A stretch of 64,000 bases of DNA. Origin: an uncultured Bacteroidales bacterium. GTDB lineage: Bacteria > Bacteroidota > Bacteroidia > Bacteroidales > JAUNSR01. Shown one piece after another: positions 58,682 to 64,000 of this stretch. The translations under genes and the position numbers were made by a program. The stretch's first letter is position 1. Each line of letters starts with the position of its first letter. The stretch lies in the NCBI GenBank assembly GCA_947074105.1, contig CAMTON010000005.1:1517-65516 (forward strand), given 5' to 3'. The notes beneath the pieces were generated by a model. It worked only from the letters and a program-made list of their open reading frames with translations. It was not told the DNA's origin and ran no database searches.

Positions 58682-61600
58682 TTATTTTATTATTTTCTTT
58701 CCGTTTATTATATATATGCCTTTTGGCAGCTTATCGTAAACGGATGATAACATTACTTTCTTATATACAGACATTCCCGATATATCATAAATATCTACTG
58801 GTTTTTCTTTACCGTTTAAATCTGTAATATCAAGGGATGATATAACATTGTCGCTGTCTCTTGACAACCAGACATTCATTTCACCTATTCCTCTGTTAGC
58901 CCAGGCATAATAAGGTATCGCTTTAAGCTTTTCATTCTCAACCTTACCATTTACAATTCTGCTGTTGTCAATAGAAAGAGTAACGACGCCATTAAGGAAT
59001 TCCGCATCATAATCATCAGCCTTAACTGTTGAATAATCGCTGAGCGAAGTACTGAGAACACTATTTTCATTGTCAGGCCATTCAAGACAATATAGTATCG
59101 GACCTCTTTCAAGTGATATTTTCCCGGCATTTGTAGTGACCTTTTCATTAGTTACCGTTCTTTGTACCGGCATAGGAAGTTCGATCTCCACAGCGTCACC
59201 TTTCTTCCATTTACGTGACAATACCACATATCCGTTATTATCAATCTTATAGTCGATAACAATTCCATTAAGTTTTATGGTTATATCATTTCCGATATCA
59301 TTGATATAGGAATACAGATCGCCCGGAACAGGTTGCATCTTAGCCCAGCCGGGAATACGAAGCAGAAGATTCATATTATTCTTCGATTCGGTATCGATTT
59401 CAATCTTTACATTTCCGTTCCATGGATATTCAGTTTTCTGAGAAAGAGTAAATTTTTCTCCGTTGACCTCGAAATTAGCTTCGTTCTGCATATAAAGATT
59501 CACAAACAGACTGTCGTTTTTCTGAGCATAAACATATCCCGGAACCGATGCTGTAAAGCGACACAGATTACTTGGGCAACAAGAGCATCCGAACCATTCC
59601 TGACGCTCGGCGGAACCATGGTTGAAATTATATTTACCGTCCGCTTCAAGAGGATTGGGGTAGAAAAATTTATTGCCATCCAGTGAAATTCCTGAAATCA
59701 CACCATTATACAGAGATCTTTCAATAACATCGAAATATTTTGATTCTCCGTTAAAAAGGAATAATCTGTAGTTCCAGTATATATTACCTATTGCCGCGCA
59801 GGTCTCACAATAAGCAGTGGCATTAGGAAGTTCATAATCCACTCCAAAAGCTTCCCCCATGTGTCTTGCTCCGATACCACCGTTTATATAAAATTTCCTG
59901 GAAACTACATTTTCCCAGATTTTGTTTATAGCGTTGCGGTAGGAAGAGTTACCGGTAAGAGCTGCTACGTCGGCCATGCCTGTATACATATATGCCGCTC
60001 TTACAGCGTGCCCTACAGCTTCTTCCTGAAGAATGACAGGAAGATGAGACTGACTGTATTCTTTTCTTTCCACACCTTTGTTTCCTCTCAGGTCAAGGAA
60101 ATATTTTGCCAGTGACAAGTAATCTTCATTTCCCGTAACCCTGTATAGTTTTACAAGTCCCATCTCTACAATCTGATGTCCCGGTTCATAGTTCAACCCT
60201 CCTTCAAGGAAGTCTTTAACAAGAAGATCGGCATTTTTGACAGCTATATCCAGAAATGAATTTCTTCCCGTAGCTTCAAAATGTGCAACTGCCGCCTCAA
60301 ACATATGTCCGCAGTTATATAGTTCATGACTCAGATCCGGAGTTTTTTCCCAGCGCTTATCTCCTACCCATACATGATAATTTCCGGGCATACCGGCAGT
60401 TCTCGGAGTGAACAGATAACCGTCTTCTTCCTGCGCCTGACCGATAAGTTGGATAAGATCTTCCATCTCTGCTTCCAGTTCCGGATTAGGTGTTGTCTGA
60501 ATAGAATAAGAGATACCTTCGATAATTTTATAAATATCGGTATCGTCAAACGTATTCTCTGTACTGAAATAGCCTTCCATAAGACCCGCAGCTTTTCTGA
60601 AGTTATCCACCCTGCCCGTCGTGTAACATTTTTCAAGAGCTATAGGAATTGTAACAGTCTGGTTCTGCTCGATTCTTGATTTCCAGAAGATATCACTTAC
60701 ATTGACATCTGTAAAAGATACCGGCTGTATAGGATAATCGCTATATCCTGCAGATTCCTCCTCTTCCGGATAGTTAAGATAAATAATCTGCCATTCATCA
60801 ACGAATGTAAGAGTTGAAGTCTTGTCTCTGTCATTGTTAATCCATGCACCACCTGTTACAGAGTTAGCCACACTGAAGGTGTATTCAAAATATTGCCATT
60901 TCTCTTTTGAATCCGGAATAAGGAATCCTATGTCATTATTATTTACGCTGTAGGCATTAGGATCGGAAGTTGAGAAGACTGCGTTTGTCGCGTAAATGCC
61001 GGTTTCAAATGTACCGTTGGATTTTATCCAGCCACTTATCTTATAATCACCTTTAGGAAGTGAAAGATTTCCTTTCATCTCTATGCCTGATCTGCCTTCA
61101 AACTTTACACATGTAGCTCCGCTTTTTATATCCGGATATTCGGAAATACAGACTATTTCAGGAGAGTTTTCCCAAAGAGTAAGATGATCAAAAGTCAACA
61201 GACAGGGATCGTAAACAAAGTTTCCTCTTGATTCAACAAAAGTTTCAGAGTCTTTTGATATTATTACGTCTAAGTCAAGAGTATAGTCTCCGCTTCTTAA
61301 TGTTACTTTTCCGAAACCGGTTGTTCCTTTTTCCGGATTGAAAGAGAATGTAAGTTCCGTCCCGTTAAGAACATCCTCAGCTGTCATATATGTCTTCGAC
61401 AATGTAACGGCTGAGAGCTTATCGTCTTTCTCAATTATAACATCTTCGCTAATTCCTATACCTGATATATTTATGGTTGCGGATCTCAGGTATTTCTTTT
61501 CGGCAAGCAGTATTCTGGATGCTGATGAAGTTAATACAGGACTGTCGACTGAAGCATAAACTTCCCATTCGGTCACTCCTAAAGCAGCATTAGTATTTCC

Positions 61601-62146
61601 GTTGTTTGAAGCGTTCATGAATAATCGTAAAGCTGATGCTTCTACAGGTTCAAACTCAACGGTATTTACACCAAGTCTGTTTGACGGATATACAGATTCT
61701 CCTGTCAATGTAACAGGAACCCACTGAGATGTACTTTTGTCTTTATATTGTATTTCCCATGAAGATGGCATTGCGACACCATCTCCGGCATTCGAAGAGC
61801 CATTGTCTGTCCAGAAATATACAGAAGTCTTATTTATCTTATAATCTGTACTCCATTCATAAGTAAGCCAGCCTGTAGATGGTCTTGAGTCAAACCATGA
61901 TCCCCATGTCTGATGATTGGGCAGATCCATTCCCGTGCCGCTTATACCGTCATTGATGGCGTTAAGATTATTCCATGGAGCTGTATAATGAGCTTCTGCG
62001 GATGCATAAAGGGAGATGTTGACGCGTGAATCAAGCTGAGAAGCCTTGCTAAGGGTTATTGCCGGGATTGTTTCGGAAGAATAAGCCGAAGGTAGACTGC
62101 AACCGAGAGCGGCAAATAAAATAAAAGTAAATTTGTGATTTGTCAT
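58682..62146 (-). CDS. Glycoside hydrolase family 127 (beta-L-arabinofuranosidase-like) with N-terminal discoidin/CBM-like modules and a T9SS C-terminal sorting domain
   Basis: GH127 blocks: EPGHQIVEMGLVKLYRVTGNEDYL, VGHAVRAAYMYTGMADVA, YCETCAAIGN and the Cys cluster FGCSCCPSN. The N-terminus is discoidin-like (WLTYEW...VYFWTD...WEIQYKD). The tail ...LPKGIYIINGKKIIK is CTD-like. Confidence 0.85.
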   Translation of the reverse strand: MTNHKFTFILFAALGCSLPSAYSSETIPAITLSKASQLDSRVNISLYASAEAHYTAPWNNLNAINDGISGTGMDLPNHQTWGSWFDSRPSTGWLTYEWSTDYKINKTSVYFWTDNGSSNAGDGVAMPSSWEIQYKDKSTSQWVPVTLTGESVYPSNRLGVNTVEFEPVEASALRLFMNASNNGNTNAALGVTEWEVYASVDSPVLTSSASRILLAEKKYLRSATINISGIGISEDVIIEKDDKLSAVTLSKTYMTAEDVLNGTELTFSFNPEKGTTGFGKVTLRSGDYTLDLDVIISKDSETFVESRGNFVYDPCLLTFDHLTLWENSPEIVCISEYPDIKSGATCVKFEGRSGIEMKGNLSLPKGDYKISGWIKSNGTFETGIYATNAVFSTSDPNAYSVNNNDIGFLIPDSKEKWQYFEYTFSVANSVTGGAWINNDRDKTSTLTFVDEWQIIYLNYPEEEESAGYSDYPIQPVSFTDVNVSDIFWKSRIEQNQTVTIPIALEKCYTTGRVDNFRKAAGLMEGYFSTENTFDDTDIYKIIEGISYSIQTTPNPELEAEMEDLIQLIGQAQEEDGYLFTPRTAGMPGNYHVWVGDKRWEKTPDLSHELYNCGHMFEAAVAHFEATGRNSFLDIAVKNADLLVKDFLEGGLNYEPGHQIVEMGLVKLYRVTGNEDYLSLAKYFLDLRGNKGVERKEYSQSHLPVILQEEAVGHAVRAAYMYTGMADVAALTGNSSYRNAINKIWENVVSRKFYINGGIGARHMGEAFGVDYELPNATAYCETCAAIGNIYWNYRLFLFNGESKYFDVIERSLYNGVISGISLDGNKFFYPNPLEADGKYNFNHGSAERQEWFGCSCCPSNLCRFTASVPGYVYAQKNDSLFVNLYMQNEANFEVNGEKFTLSQKTEYPWNGNVKIEIDTESKNNMNLLLRIPGWAKMQPVPGDLYSYINDIGNDITIKLNGIVIDYKIDNNGYVVLSRKWKKGDAVEIELPMPVQRTVTNEKVTTNAGKISLERGPILYCLEWPDNENSVLSTSLSDYSTVKADDYDAEFLNGVVTLSIDNSRIVNGKVENEKLKAIPYYAWANRGIGEMNVWLSRDSDNVISSLDITDLNGKEKPVDIYDISGMSVYKKVMLSSVYDKLPKGIYIINGKKIIK

Positions 62147-62318
62147 GTTATGGTAATTAAAGTTTATAAGTCGGTATTAGATGGAACTTTGCAAATCAAC
62201 AAATTTCAGTTTATACGTAAGATGGCATAAAAATTCAGAAGCTATGGCGAAAAATAAAAGGGAGGATTTTGATAAAATCCCCCCCTCTCAATGTAAAAAA
62301 ACACCATTTGAAGTCATA

Positions 62319-64000
62319 TTATGTGCCACATTTCTCTTGAATCTGTTTCTTCTGATATTCACTCGGAGTCATACCGTATGCATTTTTAAAAGTTATGGTA
62401 AAATGCTTATGGTCGCTATACCCTATTGCGGCGATCACCTCTGAAACAGAAACATTCTTGTTTTTCAACATTTGGCAGGCATGTTTTAGTTTTATACTTT
62501 TTATAAATTCAAGAGCTGTATATCCTGTTATATTTTTAATTTTTCTGGATAATGTGACCTTTGTGATATTCAGTCTTTCAGCAAGAACAGATATATCGAA
62601 ATCCGTATCATCCAGATTTCCTTCAATAACCTTAAGCGCATTTATTATAAGTTGTTCGTCAGCCGATGTCAGACCACATGATTCGATAGCCATAACTTTA
62701 GGATCTTCTTGTACCGAAACCTTGCTCTCCCGTTCTTTTATTAAAAGATTCTGCATAAGTTTCTGCCTGCTCTTATTTGCCTTATGCTGGATAAAAAGAT
62801 ATGTCATGGTAAAGACCACTATAAGGCAAACAATTGTAATCAAAAGCCGGAATCCGAATGTTTCATATATATCAGGTTTTTTAGTGATCCGTATTTCTGT
62901 AATACCGTCGCTCCATAAACCGTTGCCATCAGTTGCTTTTACCTGAAATATATGATCTCCTTTATTCAGTTTATTATAATAGGCAGAGTTCCTTCCCTCA
63001 GAAACATAAATCCATTCCTTATCTGTATCCTTAAGGCGGTATGCATATCTTATCTGAGAAATATTCCAGTGATCGAGAATTGAAAATTCAATCTCTATGT
63101 TCCCGTCGTAAGGCTCTACAATGATATTTCCGTCATGTATATAGCTTTCAGTCCCGAGTATTGACTTACTTTCTATCTTAACATCGGTGATTAATGGTTT
63201 TACATTACGCGGTATTCGTTCAAGCCTGTTACTTGGTTTTATCGATAATAATCCCGGTATTCCTCCAAAATACATTTCATTTACTCCTTTATAGGCAGCT
63301 TTAGGAAGGAAACGATTAAGAATCTGTGAGTTTTTAGCAAAATAACTGTAATAGACATTATTTCTGGGATTGAATTCTTTTACACATTGGTTGGAGAGTA
63401 TCCACAGATGATTAAAATCATCAACAAGAATTGATTCGATTATATCGCCGTTCATGTCACATATTGAGCTGTAATCAATAAGTCCTTTTGCCGGATCAAA
63501 AAGGAATATTCCTCCGGAAGTTGTTCCGAGCCATATTAGCCCGTCGGAGGTAGAGTTAAGGCATGAGAAATCCTTTTCAATATTATACAAAAGAGTATCG
63601 GATTTGTCTTTGTCTATTTTTAATATTCCTTTATTCTTCACGCAGGTCCATATCGTACCATCGGATGTCTGTGTAATTCCGGTTATAAAACCTAAATTCT
63701 CATTTGCTGTTTCCAGTCTTGCAGTTCTTATATTATATCTGTAAAGTCCTGATCCGGTTCCAATCCAGAGGTGTTCATCTCTATCTTCAAATATCGTATT
63801 AATCCCGGATCTGAAAGAGGTTACTGTTGACAGATCGATTGTTGCATCATGATTCATTGTAAGACCTTTTCTTTTTATCCCGAAAATCATATTATCCTCC
63901 GTAACGGCCCATATCATATTATCTTTTTGTGATTTTGTAATATAAGGTACCGCATACAGAGAAAATATATTCATTGTTTCAGGGCATTGACTGTAAGTGA
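62319..64000 (-). CDS. Transmembrane one-component regulator: beta-propeller repeats + Y_Y_Y domain + TM helix + AraC-type HTH (5' end lies outside the window)
   Basis: Propeller repeats (LWIGTGSGLYRY, IWLGTTSGGIFLF), Y_Y_Y (IRYAYRL...WIYV...SAYYNKLNKGDHIFQVKA), TM (FRLLITIVCLIVVFTMTYLF) and an AraC HTH (GYSDHKHFTITFKNAYGMTPSEY). The frame stays open upstream of 63974 to the window edge. Confidence 0.8.
   Translation of the reverse strand, partial: TYSQCPETMNIFSLYAVPYITKSQKDNMIWAVTEDNMIFGIKRKGLTMNHDATIDLSTVTSFRSGINTIFEDRDEHLWIGTGSGLYRYNIRTARLETANENLGFITGITQTSDGTIWTCVKNKGILKIDKDKSDTLLYNIEKDFSCLNSTSDGLIWLGTTSGGIFLFDPAKGLIDYSSICDMNGDIIESILVDDFNHLWILSNQCVKEFNPRNNVYYSYFAKNSQILNRFLPKAAYKGVNEMYFGGIPGLLSIKPSNRLERIPRNVKPLITDVKIESKSILGTESYIHDGNIIVEPYDGNIEIEFSILDHWNISQIRYAYRLKDTDKEWIYVSEGRNSAYYNKLNKGDHIFQVKATDGNGLWSDGITEIRITKKPDIYETFGFRLLITIVCLIVVFTMTYLFIQHKANKSRQKLMQNLLIKERESKVSVQEDPKVMAIESCGLTSADEQLIINALKVIEGNLDDTDFDISVLAERLNITKVTLSRKIKNITGYTALEFIKSIKLKHACQMLKNKNVSVSEVIAAIGYSDHKHFTITFKNAYGMTPSEYQKKQIQEKCGT

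Noticed and set aside
1-64000. Search for CRISPR arrays, tRNA/rRNA genes, integrases, transposases, reverse transcriptases and toxin-antitoxin pairs
   Set aside because: None was recognised in any intergenic region longer than 100 bp or in the ORF translations. The only direct repeats seen are the short ones reported, and they lack CRISPR-like spacing (2 and 4 units, with no unique spacers of 25-40 nt).

Overview
The window reads as an AT-rich chromosomal segment of a Bacteroidota (Bacteroidales-like) genome. The taxon call rests on three things: an adjacent porU/porV type IX secretion (T9SS) pair, several proteins ending in T9SS C-terminal sorting domains, and TAnnTTTG -7 boxes 20-70 nt upstream of many start codons. 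Most of the 48 supported CDS are housekeeping genes: aroC, aroB, tadA, birA, ispF, purF, rsgA, frr, pyrH, mdh, lpxB, rpmE, gpmI, mscL, rex and copA. Accessory-looking surface or secreted genes are interspersed among them: two BspA-like LRR proteins, a C11 protease, an endonuclease I lipoprotein, two paralogous T9SS cargo proteins and a GH127 enzyme with a T9SS tail. I saw no rRNA or tRNA genes, CRISPR arrays, integrases or transposases.

The most unusual element is a cleanly delimited two-gene unit at about 37.15-41.03 kb. It has its own -7 box, then a 228-aa exported protein, a 3-nt gap, a 1036-aa fusion of a RecB/Cas4-type PD-(D/E)xK nuclease to an Upf1-like SF1B helicase (Dna2/Nhi-like architecture), and a 17-bp-stem terminator.

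Other items worth a second look:
- a tandem pair of hairpin-containing repeats with a compensatory stem change (56.2 kb)
- a perfect 22-bp palindrome upstream of mdh
- four degenerate 15-bp direct repeats downstream of mdh
- a CSD + RRM RNA-binding gene cassette with a structured leader
- a kinase-less propeller/Y_Y_Y/AraC transmembrane regulator next to the GH127 gene

All functional calls come from motif recognition by eye in the supplied translations. No database search was run.
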